Source: Chlorokybus atmophyticus (Eukaryota; Plantae; Mesostigma and Chlorokybus algae). From it: a stretch of DNA of 64,000 bases. Positions 12,194-23,850 of the stretch are shown here, in pieces. Numbering within the stretch: the first letter of the stretch is position 1; each line of letters opens with the position of its first letter. The stretch spans positions 945,147 to 1,009,146 of the forward strand of contig RHPI01002823.1 of NCBI GenBank assembly GCA_009103225.1, written 5' to 3'. The notes under the pieces were generated by a model. The model did not search any database, had not been told where the DNA came from, and saw only the letters and a list, made by a program, of their open reading frames with translations. The position numbers and the translations under genes are program-made.

Positions 12194-13268
12194 ACCACCG
12201 TAACTGGGTAGTGAGTACCATGCATGTAGCAAGCTTTCCTCTGCACAGTGTGTACAGCAGGAAGGTTTCATGCTAGACGGCATGGCTGTGTTGGGGCAGC
12301 TGCTTGCAACCACCAGTCTGGCATTGGCGTGGGACACAAGCGGGTTTGGTTTTGGTTTGAAGCAACCAACACTCGAGCCTGCTGAGCTGCAGTTGTCATT
12401 GTCTGCAAGTCATTTTACAGCAGCAATTTCACAGGTATGGTATATCTGTCACCATGAACAGACCATGCCACTTGCCGTTAGATAATTCACACGTAGTGAC
12501 CACTGCAAACATAGCACTGTCGCTTATTGTCGTTGGCGGCAGTGGTCATCGTCGGTGTCAGTGGTTGTATGGAACTTGCAGTGTCCGGGTACTGGCTGTA
12601 CCCCAGTTCTCTTGGGCTGCTTATGGGGATACGGAGTGAACTAGGTTTTGTGCCATCTTGTTAAAACCGCCCTGCGCCTCGCCTTCAGCCCTGCTATGCT
12701 GCTACTCGCATGCTTATGTGTACGGGGTGCTATCAGACATGCCCAAGGCGTGTTTACATGCACACTCTGTTGCTGGGCAGAGGCCATCTACAGTCATCAT
12801 CACATCTTCAAGCAATCACCGCCAGGCTGTATGCTCTGTCAGCTGAATCTATCTACCCCCCATGCAGAGCCCCTTGGCAGCATGGACTCACTGCCGTACC
12901 TGCGACAGCATTATGATGCCCACTCGCATAACAGCCGTTAGCCGGCAGAACATGACCGTGTATGCATCAGCAGCATGCATTGAACATCATGACCGTCGTG
13001 CTGCGTGTACGTGTATGTGTGCCTTGTTGCTGGTGGTGTTCAGTTGTGTGACATATCTGTCATCATGCGTGCACACATGTTGTGACAATCATTCATGCGT
13101 ACAAACGTCAGCGTGCCTTGTACAAGCGAGGAGCCTTTGCATGCTCTTGCGCTAAGGAGGACGTGTTGAGTTAAGAACCGATTCCGGACATCACTGCGCA
13201 CTGCTGTCATGTTATGTTAACTATATACACTTGCAGTGTTAAAAGCCGCGCAGCCGAGAATATGAGCT

Positions 13269-16156
13269 TCAAGTGTACACGGGGACCTCCAACAGCTCAG
13301 CCGGAACGTCCGTGTCCGTGTTCTTGACGCGACACAATTCCCACGCCTTGATGCCGCACAAGTCCAGAGCAGCATCCAACCTATCCTTGTGCTCTGCTCC
13401 CGGCCAGAGCCCGTCTGGTGTCAACAGCACTGCAGAACAAACAACTGTTAGTCAAGCCTGCAAGAAGCCTTTTCTGACCCAAAGGTGCAATTTGCAGTAG
13501 CATACTTGCAGGCAATACACAACTACAAGCTTATGTCCGAGAAACATTCCGCGCAGCAAGATGAACTTGCATGCTTTCATGTACTACACATGAGCGTAAA
13601 CACGCATGTGCTCGACGCCTGTACCAAAATGCATCCAACTGTGTCCATGTCTGTGAGCAAAATGCACGAGACCATCACAGTGCAAAGAGAAGAGTCTACT
13701 AATCCTTACCTGCGCCCGTGTATGCCAGCCCGGCCGCCTTCGCAGCCCCGCTATAAAAGCACAGACTCCAGCTGAGGTCATCCGGCGCGTCGACGATTCG
13801 CCAGAACTCGCGCGACGTCACGCCGTTGTCCAGAACAGTGAAGAAGAATGTGCCGGGCTTGTCGCCTCGCTTCACCCGGTAGTGCCGCCGGCGCCAGACT
13901 TTCCTGCCATCGAGAGTCTCCACCTGCATGCGCAAGCACTCTTGGTATCATATGTGCGTGTACACAAGTGCACACACACACGCACACGCACATATGCACG
14001 CACGTACGCACATGCACACCCAAGGATGTGCGCACGCGCACCCACACACATGCACATGCACATACAACGCTGCGCATACATGCACATGCAGAGACACGCA
14101 CGCGCACACACACGTGCACCCATGCACATGCACATGCACACAAACACAAATAACCAAGCAAATACACATACACACACACGGACAGAGTGGGTTTTCGTTC
14201 ACCTGAAAGACGGGGTCATACCAGAAGGCCGTTGTGGACTTGCCATAATAGTACAGCTGGTACTGGTTGTTGAAGTGGTCGTAAGCAGCGTTCTGCCCCG
14301 CCACAGCTCTCCAACTCCACTGCTTGCCGCTATTGCGCCATCCAACAAATATCTCCTCGGCCAACGTATGCGTGAGCTCTTTACCACGCCAAACCTGCAC
14401 AAAACAACAATCGGTTCCTCCCTGACAGCCAAACTCAACCAGTTAAAAAGCCTTCTTTACGAATCACACACACGAACGTGTGCGCGCGCGCGCGCACCCA
14501 CACACGTACACATACACGCGCACACGCACACGCACACGCACACACGCATGCAAATACCAAGGCAAAACAGCTCTTCATGTACCTTCATGGGTTGAGGGTC
14601 AGGCCTTGGTGGTATATCTGCATCCAGCCTCAGGCAGTTGTGTTTCTGAAGTATACACAGCGAGAACTGCGCAAATGCTTCGCTCTCATGCGAGACAATA
14701 CATCTATAGCTGCAAACTTGGTCGTTTGGCGCGCACGCATTGAGACAATCCAACCCCTGTCTGCAATTAGGATCCAACATGCAAGCCAGTATCTGAGAGC
14801 CGCAATTTGTGATCATGCATTGAAGCATGCTCAAATCCGTCGCGCGCATGTTCTGGACTTGCTTCACTTCCGTCACGTACGCGTTGATCATCACCAACAC
14901 AATGAAGACTAAGTCATCGAATGTACATCGACGCCAAGCTTCCGATATCGCCCGTGAGAGGAGTTTAGACTTAGCTAAATCGCCGTTCCAAGGCAGCTTT
15001 TCTGATATGGCCGAGAGCGGTGAGTCAAAGTTCGACACAACATTGCCACCCAAACGAGTCTTTGCTTCCAACTCTGGAGTGCAGCCGAGAAAGACGGCTG
15101 TGGTTGAGGCTGATGAAAGGGATGATATTGCTGAAGTGGCATCGATGTCGCGCATGCCAACAGCGAGAAAGAGCTGCTCTGACTTGTTGACAACGTTGTT
15201 GGTCTGATCAACAATCTGTGTTGAGTCCAATACTTCAAGGTGAAAAGCCGGGTTGATGTTGCGCAGCCGTGAAGCCATGTGGTGGAAGACTTCAAGCCAG
15301 CTTACGCCAAACACGCTTTGCTCGTGCGAAGCAACTGCTACAATCTTCACTTCGGATGTCATCTGGCGATCTGTTACAAGATCTTCCTCTTGTGCATTGA
15401 TTGAACTTCGCTCAAGCGTCTGCATGTTGGATACTGAATGGGATGAATACAGTCGCAAAGATAGATATTACCCCATTACATTGTTGCTTTACAAACTATT
15501 ACAAACTATTACAAAATCAACAACAGCTGCTTGACTTGCCTGTGGCTGCGCTGAGTGGCTGAATGAGTCGGCTGTGCTGGCGCTTGATGATGTCGCCTCA
15601 GAGACAACCTGTCGACTGCTGTGAGACCTGCCATGCAGATGCATGCACATGAGTGTTTGTGTCCTCACATCCTCTACTGCCATGCAAGTGATCAAGTTCT
15701 TGCCAACATGCATAGCTGGGGCTGTAAGCATCACACGTGAAGCTCACTCGCAAAGGCACATACATGCAAAGAGATAAGTTCTAGAAGCACTTGGCGCATG
15801 CATCGAGCTTACGCATCAATCGATTCGTGTTGAGTCTTATACATGCATGCAGTCACTCAGTTCTGATATCGGACGTGTCACTTTACAGCAGCAGAAAAAG
15901 TTCACATGCATGCACACAGCCATGACTGACTTCAAAGCATTGATCAATTTGAAGCTCACCTGCGAGGCATCCATGTGCAACGCAGCGCATGATGTTGGCA
16001 GTGCGTCCGCCACTTCTTCTGCGCAGGTGACGACAGCTGTAACTTCTCGCCTACACTATTCAAGCATGCAACGCTTCCACTGCCACAGACAGCTGTCGCT
16101 GCAACCCAGTTGCTGTTCAGCACACTGCCAGCATGCAGCAGGCAAAGAGCAGACAT
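13269..16156 (-). CDS. VDR: Violaxanthin de-epoxidase-related protein
   Basis: Exons 16156-15960, ~15629-15546 (GC donor), 15419-14583, 14394-14203, 13923-13710 and 13429-13269 splice in phase. Cys-rich CMITNCGSQILACMLDPNCRQGLDCLNACAPNDQVCSYRCIVSHES followed by lipocalin-type SWRAVAGQNAAYD, WYDPVFQV and VWRRRHYRV. Confidence 0.9.
13930..14185. repeat. Intronic alternating purine-pyrimidine (CA/CG/TA mixed) tract
   Basis: About 250 bp of GCAC/ACAC/GCAT/ACGC units in a VDR intron; similar tracts at ~14470-14570, 17925-18012, 18530-18655, 20205-20545 and 22396-22610. Confidence 0.85.
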
Positions 16157-16892
16157 GGCTGCAGAGCTTGGTGGCTAGTGTCTTAGATCGCTTGCAGCAT
16201 TAGTACTAGCACCACCATCCCTTCAACTATGCAGCTACCGTCACCGCCGTCAACAACGACAGCGACATCGCCGCTAACACTGCTTTGAGCGTTTTCTGAC
16301 ACCAATTTTGCGCTTTTCGCAATGCAGTGAGCAAAATGCACATATCCGCATCGGACGGCTGAAAGGGGTGCGCAAGCTAATCGGACGGTTGTCGATGCCT
16401 CCCAGCCGGCTACGTGTGCATGTGGGCAACGTTGTCGCTGTGCTTGTTGTCGCTGTGGTCGACGACGGCGGTGTTGGCTATAGAAACTGTTGCCGACCTT
16501 ATTGTTTACTGAGACGAGGTCAGCGGTGGCGCTGGGTGGTAAATTGCCTGCCACACGAGGTAGGCTTGCTCCGCTTAATTGGAGCTGCTGCTTGCGGCCC
16601 AGTTGAACACCGCAACACATTCTTCGATCAGAGCTCTGCTTCGTGTTGCTGCTTTGTTAGTGGAATGCGGTTAATGCAACGTTGATGTGTAGTGCTTCCA
16701 CTGCGTTGGTAACCTTTTGTACAACACCATTCGCACCTGAGAGCCTTGCTTCAGCTCAGTTGCGATCAGCTCTGCAAGCCCCTGCACACAATTAACACCA
16801 CACACAGACAACACGAGATTTACCACAATCAAGCCATGTTTCAACTGTGTGCGACAGCCTTCGTTTGTGCTTTGCAGGCACAGGCACGCACA

Positions 16893-18961
16893 ATGGCGAT
16901 AGCGATGGCGTTTACCACGACAACTACTGCGTTGCCCATAAACACTTTCCTGTCCTTCGGCATGAAAGCCCCCCTTCGTCAAAACTCGCACAGCTCATCT
17001 TCACCCCATAGCTCAAGCAACGGTTCACACTTGTGCCAAGTCAAGAGGCGGAGGAGAGGGTCGAAACTTACAATGCGGGTGACTTCAAGCTCGCTGGCGG
17101 ATATTGGGGACAATGCGAAGCTCGCGGCGGAGGTCATGACTGGGTATAGAGATGAAGCGAAGGATAGGCTCCTCTCAGCGGTATGGTTTCGTGCAATGTG
17201 TTTACGCATCGGTTATTGTGTATGAGTGGACGTGCGCTTGTGTGCACGCGCATGCATGCACATGTCTATGCATGCATGTACATGCTGAACAACACGGCAC
17301 AGCTGCACGGTTTGAAACCTACACATGACTTTCAGTGAAGTAGAGCACTGTATTCAACTGGTCAACACACGGTTTCATCATGAGCTACCGTGTGTCCTTG
17401 GGCAGATTCGTAGCTACAGCGGGCCGGAAGCTTTGGGCAATCTGTACACGAGCAGCTCGGAGGCGGGCAAGCCTGAGGTGCTCGAAGCTCTCCTGGCTTT
17501 GGAGAAGATGAACCCCACAACAACCCCAACAAAGTACTCATTATACAGGGCATGCTATGAGCATCATGCGCCTTGGTGTTGTGTTGTGATGGCAATGTTG
17601 TTGTTTTGCTGCAGTTCAACGTTGCTTGCTGGCGATTGGGAGTTTCTGTGGGCTGGCGGGAGCAGTCCGGGCCTCGTAGCCGCACAAGCTGTGCTTAGGT
17701 GAGAAGTGTTGTGAATTGCTCAACAATGTGTCCATCTCCAACTGGTTATGTGTTTGTGGTTGTGGCTGCACACTGTTGTGTTGCAATTCGCTTAGGTTGG
17801 ACGACGTTGTTGTTGTGCAGAGCGCCAGTGCAAGGTCTTGCAAAGGTTGAGGGGATTGTTCTGTCTTTGAAGACGAACATAGCCGTGGCTAAAGCAACTT
17901 TGAGACTTCTGAGCTCGGTACTTAGACATGTGTGCGTGTGCGTGTGCGAGTGCGTGTGCGTGGGCGTGGGCGTGGGCGTGCACACAAATACACATGCAGA
18001 CATACGCGTGTGAGTTTTTCCAACATATGCAGCACTTTTGAGCTGATGCGGTCTGTCTCATTGCAGCTGGAGCTTGATGTGACATTGAACACCACGTTGC
18101 TGATAGAGAGCGACGTTCGGTAAGCGCCACACCTAAACTCTCACGCTTAAGATGGTGGTTGTCAGCACTGAACTAACTAATCATGCCTTCAATTATACAG
18201 CTTGAAAGAAGCGTACGAGTCAGGCTTCATCTCCACGTTGCGCGTGCCTCCAGGAGAGTCCCCGCAGGTACGGCTGTTGTTGGATGTTGATGAGCCTGGT
18301 ACTAAAAACCCCACTTGGTGATATGTGTGCAAACTCCCCCGCAGGGTGTGGCGGCGTTGTTGTCTAGTTCAGGGTTGCTCGGCCTCGGCGAGTCCATAGT
18401 TGGCAAGGGCATCAGCATCCCACTAGGTAAGTAAAAATTATCGTTGGCCATGTATTCGCTCCATGTAGAGCGTGTAGTGCATTGCACCAATACATCCAGA
18501 CATTGTCTGGATGTGAGCATATATGACTACACAAATGCGCGCCCACAGAGGCAAACACGCACGTGTACATACGCGTGCTTGTACCAATGCATACACATAT
18601 GCATATGCGCACATATGTGTGCGTGCACACGCACCTGCACACGCATGGACACACACCTTTGCTGCAGGTTTGACTGGGGTCCAGCGAACTCTTTACATCA
18701 CCTACTTGGACGAGGAGCTTCTGGTGCGTGCATGACTCACTGCATTGCTCATTTGACGCTGCCCAAACTGCATGCCCTCATTCGGGCTCATTGTGCTTGT
18801 GTCTGCTGTTTGGCACCTATGCGATGTTACTGTTGTAATATCATACCCTCCTCATGGGATTGCAGATTGCACGGGACGCTCAAGGCCTGCCAGACATTCT
18901 CGCAAGGTTGCCGCCATTGAACACATTAGAGTCCGATCCAATCCTGGAATACGACTCATAA
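16893..18961 (+). CDS. Plastid lipid-associated protein / fibrillin, FBN7 (PAP8/PAP13)-like
   Basis: Transit peptide, then spliced LEKMNPTTTPT, LAGDWEFLWAGGSSPGLVAAQ, LKEAYESG, QRTLYITYLDEELLIARDAQGLPDILAR and terminal ILEYDS*. Confidence 0.85.
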
Positions 18962-19097
18962 CATCCCAACCAACATGGCAACATACTCAGTACATTGACA
19001 ACAAGCCTCATCTAATAAAACAGAGCCTATTGGCACGCCTGGTAGTAGCAGCCCCGCGCCGATGCATAATAAGTGTATACGTGTCTCATGTTTTGGT

Positions 19098-22000
19098 TCA
19101 GTTTGTGACTGTGAGTGAAGTGGCCGGTGCGGATTCTATGCACGGTCTGTTGTCTTGCGTGCTGGAGCAAAACCCCTCTTTGCCCGTTGCGCACGCCTCG
19201 CCCTCGTCATCACGGCATCGCACAAAACAACCCACGGCGTCCCTCACCTGTGCATGACATGTTGGTCTGTTCAGGCGGTATAACACATGTTGGTATGCAC
19301 CATTGCGCACGCATTGCAACTTGGGGTCACTGTTGAGGTGGAGCAGTTCTTGCGCATGACGGCTGTTTTGATGTCATTGGTATCATGCAATATTGCAAAG
19401 ACTGCATGGTTGATGGTGACAATGCAGCTGGTGAATGCTTACTGATTGCAACAAGCACCGATCAACCTAGCCTTGGGCTAGTGCATGCCACACATGCAAT
19501 GCGCATGTTTCTTCAAAACTTGTACCCTCTACAACCAGGTCATGGTGTGGAATTAAGCATTGGGGCAATGTTGGTCATAGCGTGTTGTTTATAGCGTCGT
19601 GGAACTCGGGGAGCTCACCTTGCAGAATCCCAACTTCGGCACAGGATACGGCGCCTGGCCGTTGCAATACGCCGCCTGAGAGCACCCCTCGCAGAGAGTG
19701 TCTAACACCGCAACACGCACTTCATGTCAGTGACACAGTCTCACAACAAACCACAACCTAGTGACTCATTCAATGATTTGGCCATCCAGTCATTGCGTTG
19801 TCGCTTCACTTCTTGAGCCAGTAATGACAAATCCACACATGCACAGCATTGCATATATTCTACACTCCAGTTTCCGGTTCTTCATTTGATCAGACCTTTG
19901 CCTGAGTTATATCAGTCGTATATGCATTCATCCGCTCACTCTGACTCCTTCTGTTCAATCATTCCATGCCGCACCAGTCTCTCCACCACCAACACATCCA
20001 CCCAAACACACTCACCTATGATGCATTGGTGCTTGAAGCTCATCCTCCCCGCGTGCTTCCGTATCAGCCCCTCGATCATCGGCATCTCGCTGTTGTCGCG
20101 CGGCTGCTGCCGGTCGTTCGGCTCCTCGGAGTCGAAATAGTGGTAAGGGACCCAACTGGGACAAGAGCAGTGAGGCATGAGTTATGTCGAAGAGTGGTTG
20201 TGCATGTGTAAATGTGCGTGCAGGGTGGTTGAGCAGGTGCGTACGCGCGCACGCGCATACACGCGTGTACATGCACACCTACTCGTGAACCTGTACGCTT
20301 GGGCATGCCAGCAGGCATGCACAGACGCGCGCGTGTGCGTGTGTGCATGCCTGTGCGCATTAGGAAACAATGCATCCGTGTGCGCAGCAGCGCGCGTAGA
20401 TATACACACGCACACGCCTGTGTGCACAAGTGTGCGTGCGCGTGCGCATGCGCATGGACGCGTATGTCTGTTTAAGCATTTGCAGACACCTATGCACACG
20501 CACACACGCACACACGCACATGCACGCACACGCGCACGCACGCATCCATGTGGTGTACCCTCTCCAGGAGCGCAGGAAGCCGTACACATCCACCTTCTCG
20601 CACAGCAGCAGAGCCAGGTTGAGACCAAAATAGCCGTTGGTCGGCTGCTGCATCTCCTCCGTAACAACCTGGGCAAGGACATAAGCAAATCAGACGTCCA
20701 TACAACATGAGCAACATATTTTCTTTATGCGCTGGCATAGTTAAGCGCTTTCCCTCGTCAGCCATCTGAGAAACACACTTGCACACAAGGTGATGTTTAT
20801 GTATCAGATGATGGTTGGTTTGTGAATGGAGCCACGCACGCACGCACGCACGCACACGCACAATTCTATGCAGTATACACGCAGTGCATCACCACATGCT
20901 TCCCCCCCCCAATCCTTTCCCTTCCCCCCTCACGTGTTTGTAGAATTCTCTGTCGATGGCGTACGTCCTCATGTCCCGGTTCCGCCTCTTCAGCCGCACG
21001 AACTGGCGCCACGTGTCGGAGATCGTCACGTGCTGGAGGACTGACTCCGAGGGGGTCTCACGAAACCCAAAGTCTATCACACATGTGAGGGTGTGAGAGT
21101 TAGTATGTGTGTGTGTGCTTGTGGGTGTGTTGTTGCAAGTTATTGAGGGCTTACGGAGGCGATTGACGAGGCGTATGGTGGTTTTGCTTCCCGCGTACCG
21201 CTCGTGACCCTGCGGTGGTATTGCATCAGCATGACATCAACTTGATGAAGTGAGTGAATCTAGTGTGTGAGTATTTCTCAAGTCAGTCACACAATTCACA
21301 GCCAAGAAGCAACACATGTCTGAAGCCCAGGTTGTGTTCAGCAACAGCGATGTGTCTACCAACTCGATGAGGCAGTCAATGAAGAATGCAGTCTGTTGAC
21401 TCGTACCTTGACTGGGGCAAGGTTGAACCGAAACACGGCGTCATGCGCGTCAATTTCCGCTCCACGTGGCTTCACAAATCCAAAACAAAACAGTAAGCCA
21501 CACAACAACAATGCCAACAACAATAGCAAGAACAACAACCACAACCACAACCACAACAATAGTAATGTCAACCACAACGCCAACGAACAACGAGGACGAC
21601 GACAACCACGTTATCACCACCACCCCAACTATTCACACAACAAAAACAGTATCAACACGAGCAACAACAACAACAACAACTTCCCCCCCACCCCACCCCC
21701 CACCTCATGCTTGAGCAGTCCCGCGCTCCCCACGACCGCGCAGCTCCCGTACTTCACTTCTTTGAAAACGTCTTCTCTCGGCAGCGCACTGAACGCCTCG
21801 TCGGTCATCTCCCCGAGCGTCCGCGGCTTCTTGCTGGAGGAGACCCAGACGGTGTTGATGGTGGAACCGGGCTTGGGGGAGGTGCGGCGGTTCATGGAGA
21901 TGGTGGGACGCTTGGGGTATACAAAGGGGGAGGGGGAGGGGGAGGGNNNNNNNNNNNNNNNNNNNNNNNNNNNNNNNNNNNNNNNNNNNNNNNNNNNNNN

Positions 22001-23235
22001 NNNNNNNNNNNNNNNNNNNNNNNNNNNNNNNNNNNNNNNNNNNNNNNNNNNNNNNNNNNNNNNNNNNNNNNNNNNNNNNNNNNNNNNNNNNNNNNNNNNN
22101 NNNNNNNNNNNNNNNNNNNNNNNNNNNNNNNNNNNNNNNNNNNNNNNNNNNNNNNNNNNNNNNNNNNNNNNNNNNNNNNNNNNNNNNNNNNNNNNNNNNN
22201 NNNNNNNNNNNNNNNNNNNNNNNNNNNNNNNNNNNNNNNNNNNNNNNNNNNNNNNNNNNNNNNNNNNNNNNNNGGGGGAGGGGGAGGGGGAGGGGGAGGG
22301 GGTGGAGGATAGAGAGGGTGGGGTGGGGGTGTTGGTGGTGGGGTGGAGGGAACGGAATTGGGCGATGCGGTCTTGTAGTACCTGTGGGTGGGTGTGAGCG
22401 CGTGCATGCGCGTGCATGTAAATGCGTGCCTTCGTGCATACATGCATGTGTGTGCGCGTGCATTTGTGTGCGTGCGTTTGTGTGCACATGCATGCGCGTG
22501 CGCATGTGTGCGTGCCTTCTTGCGTACGTGTGTGCGTGCATACATATGTATGAGCGTGTATTTGTGTACACATATGTGCGCGCGTGTGCATCTGCACGTG
22601 CTTGTACGCGTAGGCGATGTGGAATACAGGTGATTGTCGTTGTGTTATGTCATGTTGCTGAAAACTTCCATGGTAAGACAGCAACGTTGTTGTGGTCTTA
22701 CTTGTTGTGGGACTTGTACTTGTTGTTGCTGTGCTTGCACTTGCACACGCGGTTGCAGTTGTGTCCGCAGCGGTTGCGTCGCTGCTTGCTGTCTCTGTTG
22801 CGCGCGTGTCTGAGGCTGCCAATCAATATCAACAGAACTGTCTAGGACTTCTCCTCTCCTTGCAAGCGACCATCCACCCTGTAGGTCGTGTCAAGATGTT
22901 GAGCTTGGTGATTGATCGTAAAGATAATGCTGATGGTGAGGATGTTGTCGTCGTTGTTGCGGCACTATACATCGCAACATTTAGAGGTCGCTTTCAGCTT
23001 TGCGTAACATTGTATTCTACAACAGCAACAACAGCAACAACAACACCCATCAGTCAACCAGGCACTCGACCTTAACTACTCACTAACTCACTCCAAATAT
23101 CAACCAACCATTGGATCCATCCACACAATCACTCAACCAACATACCAGCGTATGTCTGACCTCCTGTACAGTAAACACAACTGCCAAAGCGGCCACCACG
23201 CCTAGCAGAAATGCCCTTCTTTGCCCAGCCGCCAT
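19098..23235 (-). CDS. Glycosyltransferase family 29 (sialyltransferase-like) type II membrane protein
   Basis: Signal anchor MAAGQRRAFLLGVVAALAVVFTV (23235-23146). Sialylmotif L: CAVVGSAGLL...[35 protein letters not shown]. Motif S: PTNGYFGLNLALLLCEKVDVYGF. Motif III: YHYFD. Cys-rich tail ending at TGA 19098. Confidence 0.85.
21947..22273. other. Assembly gap (327 N) within a (GGGGGA)n / Ser-Pro coding repeat
   Basis: N run flanked on both sides by GGGGGA hexamers, which read SPSPSP in the GT29 frame. Confidence 0.95.
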
Positions 23236-23781
23236 ACTTGCAGACTGGAGCGTATCAGCATCACCAACAGTGCACTAGTCTGGTTGTGAAACAACTCACA
23301 TCAGAACGCTGCATAGCGCAACGCACACTCATCCAATCAATTGACTATATAAGCCAGTTTGTGGCCTTCTACTGCTTTCTGTTGCACATGATGATGGATG
23401 ACACAGTGCTGAAAGGTGGTGGTGTCGATTTAACACTTGATGTCCTCCCCTCTGATGTCTCAATGGTCTTAGCACACGATCAGCTGCTCATAGTCCCTTG
23501 CCATTCTGAGATTGCATTCACCCTGCCATGTGTACTGCTTTGTTGTTAGGGTTGTTTGGTGCGTGTGCACTTGGCCCCCCCAAGCAAACTGTCTGTTCCG
23601 CTGTAGATCCACGGACGGCTGTGATTGCTGACATGCCACCACACAATACTTCGCAGCCGTTCGATTGCAACCTCACGTGATGACGAGCTGAGCGCTGTTA
23701 GGACAGATTTAGTCCCGATTGAGGTTTGAATCCAGGGGGCTGTTTGGGACTGTGGCAAGGTTTAGAGTTGGGGCTTAGTTT

Positions 23782-23789
23782 TAGGGTTT
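23782..23789. promoter_or_regulatory. Telo-box (TAGGGTTT) in the GT29/ILP1 divergent promoter
   Basis: Exact match about 60 bp upstream of the ILP1 ATG; further copies at 33183, 37283, 45362 and 53489. Confidence 0.45.
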
Positions 23790-23850
23790 TGCATGCAGTG
23801 AGCGCTTGACACGTGGCACAGTTGGCGGCGGTGGCAGCGGCGGGGTTAGG

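Noticed and set aside
12270-12640. Short signal-peptide-like ORF downstream of the SKIP17-like gene
   Set aside because: No coherent exon chain or motif; likely UTR or intergenic sequence between convergent genes.
13778-14912. His/Thr/Cys/Val-rich ORFs (also at 20012-20861 and 21705-22845)
   Set aside because: They are translations of intronic RY repeats or antisense to real exons.
21629-22822. The 397-aa ORF (MAASDTRAT...) as the true GT29 N-terminus
   Set aside because: It has no ATG start and reads through an RY-repeat intron. A spliced model from the signal-anchor exon at 23235 fits splice signals and type II topology better.
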